Assembly (NCBI GenBank): GCA_013202715.1
Contig: JABMRF010000023.1
Span: forward strand, 2,327 to 66,326
Length of the DNA: 64,000 bases
Origin: Candidatus Kuenenbacteria bacterium
GTDB lineage: Bacteria; Patescibacteriota; Patescibacteriia; UBA11705; JABHMO01
Reading direction: 5' to 3'
A program made the translations under genes and the position numbers. The notes under the pieces were generated by a model. That model searched no databases and was not told the DNA's origin. It saw only the letters and a list, made by a program, of their open reading frames with translations. Each line of letters starts with the position of its first letter. The first letter of the stretch is position 1. Positions 18,015 to 27,760 of this stretch are shown here, in pieces.

Positions 18015-19352
18015 ATGAACAACCAAAAAGCACACGTAATCGCCGTAGACATGGGTTACGGTCATCAACGCGCTGCATTTCCTTTGCGTAAATTGTCTCA
18101 CAACAAAAAAATCATTAATGCCAATGACTATAAAGGAATTCCAGCTTCTGATCGAAAGGTCTGGAGACAAAGTCGCAAAGGCTATGAATTTATTTCTCGA
18201 TTCAAAAAAACTCCAGTAATCGGAGAGATTGTTTGGGATTTATTTGACAAACTTCAGGCCATTCCCCCATTTTATCCCAAAAGAGATCTGTCCGAGCCAA
18301 CAATACAGGTTAAATCTACCATCTCTCTAATTAAGAGAAAAAAGTGGGGCAAACATCTAATCGACAAACTTGCGAAAAATCCTCTTCCCTTGGTTTGCAC
18401 ATTTTTCATACCTGCTTTCATGGCAGAAATTTTTGATTATCCCGGTGAAATTTATTGTCTTGGAACTGACACCGACCTCAGCCGTGCCTGGGTGCCACTG
18501 AATCCAGCGAAAAGTAGAATTAAATACTTGGCGCCAAACCATCGCGTTGAAAAGAGACTGCAGCTCTATGGTGTCAAACCGGAAAATATTTTCATAACTG
18601 GCTTTCCCCTACCGGACGAGCTCGTTGGTGGAGAAAAAGAAACAACGTTGCGGAAAGAACTTGGCTACCGATTGTTTACTCTTGACCCACAAAAAGTTTA
18701 TCTGGACAGATACAAAGAAACCGTTTCGCATCATCTGGGCGAGCACAATTTCCCAAAGAAAAAACATCACCCACTCACACTCATGTTTGCAGTTGGTGGC
18801 GCAGGCGCACAAAGAGAGCTTGGTATTGAAATTGTCAAAAGTTTACGAAAAAAAATCCGCCAAAAACAAATCCGCGTCATATTAGTCGCCGGCATTCACA
18901 ATAATGTTAGCAAATATTTCAAACAGGAAGTAAGAAAGCTTGGACTTGGCGATGAACTAAATAAAAGCATTAAAATTATTTACAGTCAAACAAAAGATGG
19001 CTATTTTAAAAAATTTAACAAAGCAATCAGTCACACCGACATTCTCTGGACAAAACCGAGTGAACTGAGTTTCTATACCGCTCTCGGATTGCCGATCATC
19101 ATGGCTCCGCCAATCGGTTCACAAGAACTTTTCAACCGAAGATGGCTCCGAGCAATTGGCTCTGGAATCAACCAGGAAGATCCTCGCTATACTGACCAAT
19201 GGCTTTTTGACTGGCTGAACAATGGCTGGTTTGCGGAGGCGGCTATGCAAGGATTTTTGGAAGCCTCAACCAGCGGAGCGGAAAACATTCGAAAGATTTT
19301 GGCACACAAGGAAAAGGAAATCAGTGAAATCAAGAAAATTTTGCAGTATTAG
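18015..19352 (+). CDS. GT-B glycosyltransferase, diacylglycerol glycosyltransferase (UgtP/MGDG synthase)-like
   Basis: DMGYGHQRAA, TGFPLP, VGGAG, TKPSE, PPIGSQE..N. Confidence 0.75.
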   Translation: MNNQKAHVIAVDMGYGHQRAAFPLRKLSHNKKIINANDYKGIPASDRKVWRQSRKGYEFISRFKKTPVIGEIVWDLFDKLQAIPPFYPKRDLSEPTIQVKSTISLIKRKKWGKHLIDKLAKNPLPLVCTFFIPAFMAEIFDYPGEIYCLGTDTDLSRAWVPLNPAKSRIKYLAPNHRVEKRLQLYGVKPENIFITGFPLPDELVGGEKETTLRKELGYRLFTLDPQKVYLDRYKETVSHHLGEHNFPKKKHHPLTLMFAVGGAGAQRELGIEIVKSLRKKIRQKQIRVILVAGIHNNVSKYFKQEVRKLGLGDELNKSIKIIYSQTKDGYFKKFNKAISHTDILWTKPSELSFYTALGLPIIMAPPIGSQELFNRRWLRAIGSGINQEDPRYTDQWLFDWLNNGWFAEAAMQGFLEASTSGAENIRKILAHKEKEISEIKKILQY

Positions 19353-19402
19353 ATAATAAAAAGAAGGCCTCGCGATGCAGGGTCTTCTTTTTATTTTAAA
19401 TT

Positions 19403-20341
19403 TTATAATTCAACAGCTTCAACTTTCACACCCTTACCTTTATCGTATACAAACTTAACATTATATTTTTTTTCAGGGTCTGTGGTTGAAATTAATTTTC
19501 GGAGTTCATCCGCAACATTTAAACCATCCCTACTAATTCTAACTTCTTCAAACGCATAAGAAATACCTTTTAGCGCAGCCATAATGCCACCACCTCCTGA
19601 ATGATGTCTACTTATGTACTCAAAGTGATCTGGAATCGGTGGTAATTCAAATTTATTTGGATCAATTCTTTCCGGATTAATTCCACCAACCGCATCTTGC
19701 AAAGCAAAAAACGCTCGTCTTTCTTCAATAGTTTTTAATTCTCCAAACCCACCAACTTCTACTACCCCTTTATCAGAATATCTTTCAATTTTTACTTTCA
19801 TTCCATCAACTTCACCAATAGAGCCAATTTCTGGCACTTTTATTTTATCATCAGCTTTTAATCTTTTTAATTCTTTTCTAATCTTTTTTTCAACAAAACT
19901 CAAACAATGTTGCTGTAATTCATCATACGAATCATCTTCTCGACTAAGATATTGCTCACCATATTCTGGGCGCATCATTCGATAATAAGGATCATGAACT
20001 CCCTGGGCCACAAAGCCAGTTCCAGCCAAAGTCCAACGCTTTTCAATAGCATGTTTTATTCCTTCTAAGGCAAACAACATTCTAACATATAATTCTGGAT
20101 CATTTCTAGTTCCTTCCCAAACCTCCTTGCGTAAAGCTTGACGCGCTTGTTTTTCTGCTGGAGACAATGGCGCAATCCTGCCCAAAACTGCATCTTGCCA
20201 GGCAATTTCTAAAATATCATCAACATTAGAATCCGGATTTGTTAAGGCTGATTCGATCTCTTTATCATATCTTTGTTGCCAAGCTCCAGCGTTTTGTTTT
20301 AATTGTTCTGGAGAAAGGTCTCCCCCCATTTTTTCTTGCAT
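19403..20341 (-). CDS. Hypothetical protein with MQEKMGGDLSPE leader
   Basis: ATG at 20341 lies 8 nt after the pyrG stop; the longer ORF-track start overlaps pyrG. Confidence 0.7.
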   Translation of the reverse strand: MQEKMGGDLSPEQLKQNAGAWQQRYDKEIESALTNPDSNVDDILEIAWQDAVLGRIAPLSPAEKQARQALRKEVWEGTRNDPELYVRMLFALEGIKHAIEKRWTLAGTGFVAQGVHDPYYRMMRPEYGEQYLSREDDSYDELQQHCLSFVEKKIRKELKRLKADDKIKVPEIGSIGEVDGMKVKIERYSDKGVVEVGGFGELKTIEERRAFFALQDAVGGINPERIDPNKFELPPIPDHFEYISRHHSGGGGIMAALKGISYAFEEVRISRDGLNVADELRKLISTTDPEKKYNVKFVYDKGKGVKVEAVEL

Positions 20342-20349
20342 ATTTTTAT

Positions 20350-22038
20350 TTAATAATTCACAATCTGCAATTCCCCATCTTCCGTTTCTACGCCTCTGCT
20401 CCCATCTACTCCATTCTTCCCCATACATGCTTTCACAAACTCGTTAAAAAGCGGATGCCCTACGAGTGGCCTTGATTTGAACTCCGGATGAAACTGAGTT
20501 GCTACGAAAAACGGATGATCTGGAAGTTCGATTATTTCCACCAATCGGTCATCAGGTGATTTTCCGGCAAATACTAAACCGGCTTGTTCCAGTTGCTCCC
20601 GGTATTCATTATTTACTTCGTAGCGATGTCGGTGTCTCTCAGAAATTTCTTTTTTATTGTAAGCTTTGAAACTTATTGAATTTTCACTCAATACGCAGGG
20701 AAATGCGCCCAGTCGCATTGTTGAACCATAACGGTTGTGCTTAATATTTTCAACCTGATCAGGCATGATGTGAATGACCTGCTCCTTCGAATCAGAATCA
20801 ATTTCTTCCGAGGTTGCATTTGTAATTCCGCAAACATTCCTGGCAAATTCAATTGTAGCAAGCTGAAGTCCGTAACACAAACCAAAAAATGGAATCTTAT
20901 TTTCTCGTAAATATTTGATTGTTAAAATTTTTCCTTCAATACCGCGTGAACCAAATCCGCCCGGCACAATCACGCCATCATATTTTTTCAATTCCTCAAG
21001 TTTTTCTGGCTCTTTTTCATAAACCTCGGAATTAATCCATTCAATTTCAGGCTTTCTGTTGTGAAACCAACAAGCATGCTTGACCGCTTCGATTACGGAA
21101 ATATATGAATCTTTGAGAACAAAATCTCCAGTTTTGAAATACTTACCAACAATACCGATTTTAACCGGCTGATCCACAGTTTCAATTGTATTTACTAAAC
21201 TCTGCCAGTCAGCTAATCCGGGTGCGCCCATCTTCGGTCCCCAGCCAAACAGTTTAAGTATTTTATTACCAACCTCTTCCGCTTCAAAATTAATCGGAAT
21301 CTCATAAATTGATTCCACATCGGGTGCAGAAATAATATGGTCAGGAAAGATACTACCGGAAATTGCAATTTTTTGCTTACGAATTTTGTCCAATGGCTTT
21401 TCCGCGCGACACAAAACAAAATCAGCCCGAATACCGGCTGAATTTAAAGTTCTGATAGCGTACTGAGTTGGTTTGGTTTTCATTTCCCCCACTTTTGATG
21501 GAACTGGCAAAAATGAAACCAGTACAAAAATCACATCATGAAAATTCTGCATTTTCATCATTCTCGCGGCTTCGAGAAACAACATATTTTGATATTCACC
21601 AATTGTACCACCGACCTCAATTAACATTATCTCAGTTTCACTTTTTTTTGTAGCATCGGTAATGCGTCTAATAATTTCTTCTGGAATATGCGGAACCACC
21701 TCAACACATTTTCCTCCATATTCCAAATTGCGTTCACGCTCAATTACCGTCTGATACACCCGACCGGTCGTCATGTAGTTGTCTGACAAAATATTTTTAT
21801 CAAGAAATCTTTCGTAATTACCAAGGTCTTGATCAGTTTCGTCACCATCCTCAGTGACAAAAACTTCCCCATGTTCAGTGGGGTTCATTGTTCCGGCGTC
21901 AACATTAATATACGGGTCTATTTTGATCGCTGAAACTGAATATCCTTTCCCCTGCAAAACCCGACCAATGGACGCGGCGGCAATACCTTTTCCAACGCCA
22001 CTCATAACCCCCCCGACGACAAAAATATACTTAGACAT
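20350..22038 (-). CDS. pyrG: CTP synthase
   Basis: GGVMSGVGKG, KIDPYINVDAGTM, GLCYGLQ, ERHRHRYE, QFHPEF. Confidence 0.98.
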   Translation of the reverse strand: MSKYIFVVGGVMSGVGKGIAAASIGRVLQGKGYSVSAIKIDPYINVDAGTMNPTEHGEVFVTEDGDETDQDLGNYERFLDKNILSDNYMTTGRVYQTVIERERNLEYGGKCVEVVPHIPEEIIRRITDATKKSETEIMLIEVGGTIGEYQNMLFLEAARMMKMQNFHDVIFVLVSFLPVPSKVGEMKTKPTQYAIRTLNSAGIRADFVLCRAEKPLDKIRKQKIAISGSIFPDHIISAPDVESIYEIPINFEAEEVGNKILKLFGWGPKMGAPGLADWQSLVNTIETVDQPVKIGIVGKYFKTGDFVLKDSYISVIEAVKHACWFHNRKPEIEWINSEVYEKEPEKLEELKKYDGVIVPGGFGSRGIEGKILTIKYLRENKIPFFGLCYGLQLATIEFARNVCGITNATSEEIDSDSKEQVIHIMPDQVENIKHNRYGSTMRLGAFPCVLSENSISFKAYNKKEISERHRHRYEVNNEYREQLEQAGLVFAGKSPDDRLVEIIELPDHPFFVATQFHPEFKSRPLVGHPLFNEFVKACMGKNGVDGSRGVETEDGELQIVNY

Positions 22039-22145
22039 GCGAAAACTAAGTTAATAAAAGTTAATGTAAGATAATTGAAGTTGCCTAAAAAGTACATCAG
22101 CTCAATTAACTTTCTTTTATTAACTCTAATTAGCTCTAATTAACA

Positions 22146-22598
22146 TCAATTAACTTTCTTAACAACTACCTTAAACTCACTCTTAATTCCCGCATCAACC
22201 ATTACCGGCACTTTATATTCACCCAATTTTTTAATCGCATCACTAAGCTCGATTTGCTTTGGCTTGAGATCAATTCCTTTTTCAGCTAAAGCAGTAATCA
22301 GTTTATCTTTTGAAATCCCGGCAAACAAAGTATTATTTTCATCAGCTTTTTCTTCAAAAACCACTTCAGTTGACCGCAATTGATTTGCCAGATCTTTTGA
22401 CCCCTTTGTTTTGGTTTTCTTCTCTTTTCCCTTTTTCTCATCTGTCATTTCAACAGAATATTTTTTTACATTGTGTTCTGTTGCTGGGACTGCTAATTTT
22501 TGCGGAAATAAAAAGTTTTGAGCGTAACCGTTGGCAACATTTTTAATTTCACCCTTGCGACCCATTTTTTCAATGTGTTTTAGTAATACTACTTGCAT
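22146..22598 (-). CDS. rplI: 50S ribosomal protein L9
   Basis: MQVVLL...[15 protein letters not shown]; IKKLGEY. Confidence 0.95.
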   Translation of the reverse strand: MQVVLLKHIEKMGRKGEIKNVANGYAQNFLFPQKLAVPATEHNVKKYSVEMTDEKKGKEKKTKTKGSKDLANQLRSTEVVFEEKADENNTLFAGISKDKLITALAEKGIDLKPKQIELSDAIKKLGEYKVPVMVDAGIKSEFKVVVKKVN

Positions 22599-22602
22599 AC
22601 AT

Positions 22603-22676
22603 TAGTCTAGAGTCTTGAGTCAAAAGTCTAGAGTCAATTCACTACTTTTGACTTTTGACCATTGACTTTTGACTTT
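22603..22676. repeat. Heptamer-periodic inverted repeat element
   Basis: agtctag-agtcttg-agtcaaa-agtctag-agtc ... ttttgac repeats. Confidence 0.8.
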
Positions 22677-22729
22677 AAAAAACGAAGGATTTCCCCCGTT
22701 CTTAAATTTATTAATAATACTTGTTAATC

Positions 22730-23959
22730 CTACTTTGCTAGTAAAATCTCTACCGCTTTATCCAATTGCGGATCTTTTTCTGCTAAAAAATCTTCCTTAG
22801 TCAAATCAATTTCAACATCAGGGATAATCCCCTCTTCATTAATATTCTTTCCCTTTGGTGTCAACCATTTTGCAATTGTTATTTTAATGGAAGAGCCATC
22901 AGGTAATTTTTTCAAAGCCTGGACAGAACCCTTGCCAAAACTGGTCATACCAACAATTTTTGCAATGTTATAGTCCTGAAACGCACCGGCTACAATTTCC
23001 GAGCCAGAGGCGCTTCCCTGATTGATCAGAATAACAGTTTTGTAATCTTTCAATGCAGCTGATTTTCCAGCTGAATATTCGATCTCCCGACCATCACCAA
23101 ATTTTTCAATGGCTATTAATTCATTCTCAATCCACATTGAACTAATATCGAGCGCTGTTTCGAGCAGTCCGCCAGGATTATTTCTCATATCAAAAATAAT
23201 TCCCTTTGGCTTTCTGTTTTTAACTTCTAGAACAAACTCATTGAATAATTTATTTGTATCGCCGTTGAAGGCGTTAACCTCTAGATAAACCAGGCCGTCA
23301 TTTCTGAATTCCCATTTTACACTTTTCAATTCAATCACACCTCGGACAATTGTAATTTCCTGCGCTACTTCTTCACCCCGAACTATTAATAATTTGACCG
23401 GAGTTCCCTTTTCACCACGAATCAGATGAACAACTTCATCCAGCCCCATACCGAAAATTTCTTGATCATCAACGGCAAAAACCTTGTCCCCGGCCATTAC
23501 CCCAGCCTTGTCAGCCGGTGTATCTGGCAGAGGCGCAATAATAGTAACTATCCCGTCCTTGATTCCAATCTCCGCTCCAATTCCTTGAAATTCACCTGCA
23601 ATCTGATCATCAAAATCCTTTGCAGTTTGTGGCTCAAAAAGTACGGTATATGGATCATCAAGTCCAGCCACAAATCCTTTCAATGCTCCGTAATATAAAT
23701 CTTCTTCACTAATTTTATCTTTATCTACAAAATCATTTTGAATTATTGTCCAGACCTGTTTTATTAAACCACTATCAAAAACCTCAGGCAGTTTAGTTTG
23801 TTTATATAAATCTGGATTTACTTTATAATTAATTTTCCCGTCAGTTAATTTTCCGATAATAAACCCACCGGCAAAAAATACTCCCAATATTACCAAAATA
23901 AACAGAACGATAATTGTCTTTTTTACATTTTTGTTTTTGTTTTTATATCCATTTTCCAT
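22730..23959 (-). CDS. S41 C-terminal processing protease with PDZ domain (CtpA-like)
   Basis: LDDPYT, GIGAEI, DMRNNPGG, SASGSEIVAG, FGKGSVQ. Confidence 0.95.
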   Translation of the reverse strand: MENGYKNKNKNVKKTIIVLFILVILGVFFAGGFIIGKLTDGKINYKVNPDLYKQTKLPEVFDSGLIKQVWTIIQNDFVDKDKISEEDLYYGALKGFVAGLDDPYTVLFEPQTAKDFDDQIAGEFQGIGAEIGIKDGIVTIIAPLPDTPADKAGVMAGDKVFAVDDQEIFGMGLDEVVHLIRGEKGTPVKLLIVRGEEVAQEITIVRGVIELKSVKWEFRNDGLVYLEVNAFNGDTNKLFNEFVLEVKNRKPKGIIFDMRNNPGGLLETALDISSMWIENELIAIEKFGDGREIEYSAGKSAALKDYKTVILINQGSASGSEIVAGAFQDYNIAKIVGMTSFGKGSVQALKKLPDGSSIKITIAKWLTPKGKNINEEGIIPDVEIDLTKEDFLAEKDPQLDKAVEILLAK

Positions 23960-23982
23960 AACTTCATTTTTATTGTTAAAAT

Positions 23983-25233
23983 CTACACTCTTTTGATGTC
24001 CGCGCCCAAATTCTGCAAACGCTCTTCAATCTTTTCGTAACCGCGATCAATCTGGTAAATATTATCAATCTGTGTTTCGCCCTCAGCGATCAGACCCGCC
24101 AAAATGAGAGCAAATCCAGCTCTGAGATCAGGACTTTCCAGATGGCGACCAAATAATTTACTTGGGCCGTTAACAATCACCCGATGAGGATCGCACATAA
24201 TAATATTCGCGCCCATCTGTTTCAATTTATCTGTGTAAAAAAGGCGACCTTCAAAAATTGTTTCATGCACTAAACTTATTCCTTCGGCTTGAGTAAGTAA
24301 AACTGTAAATGGCTGTTGGAGGTCGGTAATAAATCCTGGATATTCGTGAGTTACAACATCTACTGATTTAACTTTTTGGGTCTGGCAAACTTCTACCCAG
24401 TCTTTTCCTAATTCATAGTCAACCCCCATCTTATCAAACGTACTCCACAAAGCCTCCAAATGATCGGGGCGACAATTAGTCACTCGAATTGGATCTCCGC
24501 ACAGAGCACCAAGGATTGCAAAACTTCCTGCTTCAACTCGGTCAGGAATGACTTCATATATATTAGCTGATAGTTTCTTAACTCCCTCAATTACAATTGT
24601 ATGTGTACCCGCACCTTCGATTTTCGCGCCACATCGGTTTAAATATTCTGCCAAGGCCGGTATTTCCGGCTCACATGCTGCATTTTTCAAAATTGTTTTA
24701 CCCTCCGCTAGTGTCGCGGTCATCATCAAAACTTCAGTAGCAGTAACTGAAATTTTTGGAAAAATAAAAGTCATACCTTTCAGCTTTTCAGCCCGAAAAT
24801 GATAATGATCCTGATTCTCTATTACTTCAGCTCCAAATTTTCTAAACCCGTCAATAAAAATATCAATCGGTCGCTGGCCAATCGCGCATCCACCTGGATG
24901 AGGTAAACGAACTTCACCATTGCGAATCAACATCGGACCAATTAGCAAAACGGCTGCCCGAATTTTCTTTACCAAATCAGCATCTAAGTCCGTTTGCTTA
25001 ATGTCTTTTGTTTGCATTTCAATCTCTCCATTTTCGCGAGCAAATGAGCTACCAACACTTTGACATAACTCAAGAAGCCGGTTTATCTCCTCGATATCCG
25101 GAACGTTTTTGATGATAATTTTGTCCTCAGACAAAAGTGAAGCTGCAATTATCTTCAAAGCCGCATTTTTGGCTCCATTTACAGATATTTCGCCTTTTAA
25201 TTTTTTATTTCCCTGAATGATGAATTTAGCCAT
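23983..25233 (-). CDS. murA: UDP-N-acetylglucosamine 1-carboxyvinyltransferase
   Basis: GAKNAAL, PGGCAIGQRP, PDRVEAG, DLRAG, IDRGYE. Confidence 0.97.
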   Translation of the reverse strand: MAKFIIQGNKKLKGEISVNGAKNAALKIIAASLLSEDKIIIKNVPDIEEINRLLELCQSVGSSFARENGEIEMQTKDIKQTDLDADLVKKIRAAVLLIGPMLIRNGEVRLPHPGGCAIGQRPIDIFIDGFRKFGAEVIENQDHYHFRAEKLKGMTFIFPKISVTATEVLMMTATLAEGKTILKNAACEPEIPALAEYLNRCGAKIEGAGTHTIVIEGVKKLSANIYEVIPDRVEAGSFAILGALCGDPIRVTNCRPDHLEALWSTFDKMGVDYELGKDWVEVCQTQKVKSVDVVTHEYPGFITDLQQPFTVLLTQAEGISLVHETIFEGRLFYTDKLKQMGANIIMCDPHRVIVNGPSKLFGRHLESPDLRAGFALILAGLIAEGETQIDNIYQIDRGYEKIEERLQNLGADIKRV

Positions 25234-25375
25234 ATTTAGATACAATTAACCTATTTTCAATGGTATCATACTTTAATAAAAAAGAAAATACTCTTGATTT
25301 TTCTATATAAATCTGGTAGAATGCATTCAGTGTGATATGAGCACCAAATGCCCCAATTTTACTATTTAATTACGT

Positions 25376-26725
25376 ATGAATTTAGTAACTCGTCGAGTAA
25401 TAGCCACAATATTTATCCTAACCTTTGCGGTCTGCGCACCGATCTTAATTTTTTATACCGCAGGCTATCGTTATAATATAAAAAAAACAAAAATTCAAAA
25501 GTCCGGCGCTTTAGTTGTTGATACTGCTCCAAACGGAGCACAACTGTATTTGAATAATAAAAAGTTAAATAAAAAAACCCCGGTCCGTCTTAATAATCTA
25601 CTGCCAGATGAATATTTCATTGAACTTAAAAAAGAAAACTACTACGACTGGTCAAAAAAGTTATCCGTCAGAAGCCAGGAAACAACTTTTGCCGAAGACA
25701 TTATTTTGTTCCAAAAATCCGAACCTGAACTGATTAGTGAAAAAAACATAGCCTGGCTGAACTTTAGCCCGGACAACAAATTTGCGATTTATACAGTTAC
25801 TGACTTTTCACAGGATTATTTATATTTACTAAATCTAAGCAATAAAAAAAGTTATTTATTATTCAATAATAACTCAAACCTTACCGATCCGTCAGTAATC
25901 TGGGCAAAAAACAATTCATTCATATTATTTAACACAAAAGAACATTCAACCATTCTACCGACCTCAACAGCAACAGAAGTGAAGCCATTTGATTTGAATG
26001 ATCAAAATATAAAAGGGGAAAATTTTAAATGGAGCAAAAAAGACTCAAATATTTTATATTTCGAAACCGGTAACCAAGTCTTTGAGCTCAATGTACTATC
26101 GAAAAAAACCGAGCCAATTTTTTCTCTAGAAACTTCAGAAAAACTCTTTGATTATTACATGAATGATAAAGAAATTTTCATCATAAAACAAACAAACAAC
26201 AAAACTCTTCTTTCAAAATACCATCTAACAAATGACAACAAAAATTTACTTTTCAAAACAATTGAGTTAAAAAATTCAGCTTATAAATTCGATAACTTAT
26301 ATAATTCAAAACTGGGTTTCAATGACATTAACAATAATATTTTTTATCTTGTTAACAATGACCTTGATAAGATCCTTACCAATAAACAAAACGTTGAGCA
26401 CGCTGAATTACACGAAGATGCGAATTTATTACTCTTGCAAACAAATCAGGAGCTATCCTTTTTGGAATTATCAGCACCAACAATTGTTGAAAGAAACATT
26501 ACTCGCTACAGTCAGGGTCTTGAAAACGCCAAATGGCACAAATTTTCAAACTATACAATCGCCTTGCAAAACAATAAACTTCATATTATTGAACTTGACG
26601 ATCGTGATGGACACTTTTTCATTACTCTTCCATTTAAAAATGTAACCAGTTTTGGAATTGACTCAAATTCTGAAAACATCTTCTTTGTTCAAGACGGTTT
26701 TTTATGGAGCCTTTCCTTGGAATAA
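25376..26725 (+). CDS. PEGA-domain membrane-anchored protein with probable beta-propeller
   Basis: TM-GYR...T.P.GA.LYLN...TP...LLPDEY..KENYYDW; FSPDNK repeat. Confidence 0.8.
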   Translation: MNLVTRRVIATIFILTFAVCAPILIFYTAGYRYNIKKTKIQKSGALVVDTAPNGAQLYLNNKKLNKKTPVRLNNLLPDEYFIELKKENYYDWSKKLSVRSQETTFAEDIILFQKSEPELISEKNIAWLNFSPDNKFAIYTVTDFSQDYLYLLNLSNKKSYLLFNNNSNLTDPSVIWAKNNSFILFNTKEHSTILPTSTATEVKPFDLNDQNIKGENFKWSKKDSNILYFETGNQVFELNVLSKKTEPIFSLETSEKLFDYYMNDKEIFIIKQTNNKTLLSKYHLTNDNKNLLFKTIELKNSAYKFDNLYNSKLGFNDINNNIFYLVNNDLDKILTNKQNVEHAELHEDANLLLLQTNQELSFLELSAPTIVERNITRYSQGLENAKWHKFSNYTIALQNNKLHIIELDDRDGHFFITLPFKNVTSFGIDSNSENIFFVQDGFLWSLSLE

Positions 26726-26824
26726 TTATTACAACTTAGAATAAATAAAAACGCTTTCAAATCAATGAAAGCATTTTTTATTTGTCTTCTTTTTTATTAT
26801 TCACTAATCCCTAATCTCTATTCT

Positions 26825-27703
26825 CTAGTTACCCTTTGCCTGCCAGTAGACATGCGTTAGATAACTGCGCATAAAAGTGTTTACCGCGCCTCGTAATATT
26901 AGAAGAGCCAAAAGTATCAAAATTATTCCAAGAGTTACAGCTATCGTCAAACCAACTGGCCCAGCAGTAAAACTAAGGATAAGACCCAACAGAATAAATG
27001 GAATCACGAGAATTAACAATGCAACAATTACGCCAATACTGATACCTATCCATAATGCGATTTCCATCAATTTAACAACCAGTAACGCGCCAATATTAGC
27101 CCTAAACAATTGCCATCCTTTTTTAATAGAAGACCAGGCTTTTTCATTTTCTAAAACTGCAAAACAGTAGGAATAATGACGGAAGACAAAAATAAGCAAG
27201 TTATAAATAATCATCAGAACAGTTACAATAACGATTCCAATCCAGATTGTTCCGCCTTCACGTGCAAAAACAAAGATTAAGCCTAAAACTAAAAAAACTA
27301 AATTCAAAATTCCAAATAAAATTTCCATCAACAAAATTCTCCCAATTTTATTGAACCCACTCTTAAACAATTCAACAAATTTAACTGGGCTTCCAGCTTT
27401 AACTTTACTCAACCCAATCAAGATACTGGCATTTGCCCAAAAACCAATTAATACCAACGCTATTCCTAAAAGAGCAAGGCCAATGACCATGGCAATAACA
27501 CCTGGCTCAGAAAGACTAACACCAAGATTACCCATTGCTTCATTAAACGAAAAACCTTGTAAAGCTTCCGTGTCTTCTCTTGTTGGAATATTATAAATAG
27601 CACCTCCGCCACCGATAAATATTCCAAAAATCCAAAGAATTTTATTTTTTATTGTCCACTTCCATGATTTTCCTAAAATCTCACTATAAGCAATTTTAAG
27701 CAT
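26825..27703 (-). CDS. Polytopic membrane protein of unknown function
   Basis: NKILWIFG N-terminus, 5-6 TM helices. Confidence 0.75.
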   Translation of the reverse strand: MLKIAYSEILGKSWKWTIKNKILWIFGIFIGGGGAIYNIPTREDTEALQGFSFNEAMGNLGVSLSEPGVIAMVIGLALLGIALVLIGFWANASILIGLSKVKAGSPVKFVELFKSGFNKIGRILLMEILFGILNLVFLVLGLIFVFAREGGTIWIGIVIVTVLMIIYNLLIFVFRHYSYCFAVLENEKAWSSIKKGWQLFRANIGALLVVKLMEIALWIGISIGVIVALLILVIPFILLGLILSFTAGPVGLTIAVTLGIILILLALLILRGAVNTFMRSYLTHVYWQAKGN

Positions 27704-27760
27704 ACATTTTTCTTTTTATTTTTAAATCTTTTATCGTATCTATTATAGCAGATTATTATT

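Noticed and set aside
20342-20428. ORF-track N-terminal extension of the 19403 gene
   Set aside because: Overlaps pyrG; ATG 20341 gives a non-overlapping start with the shared leader.
22146-22148. Genetic code 25 (TGA=Gly) as in Gracilibacteria
   Set aside because: rplI and dtd end at TGA at their expected lengths, and conserved genes are uninterrupted under code 11.
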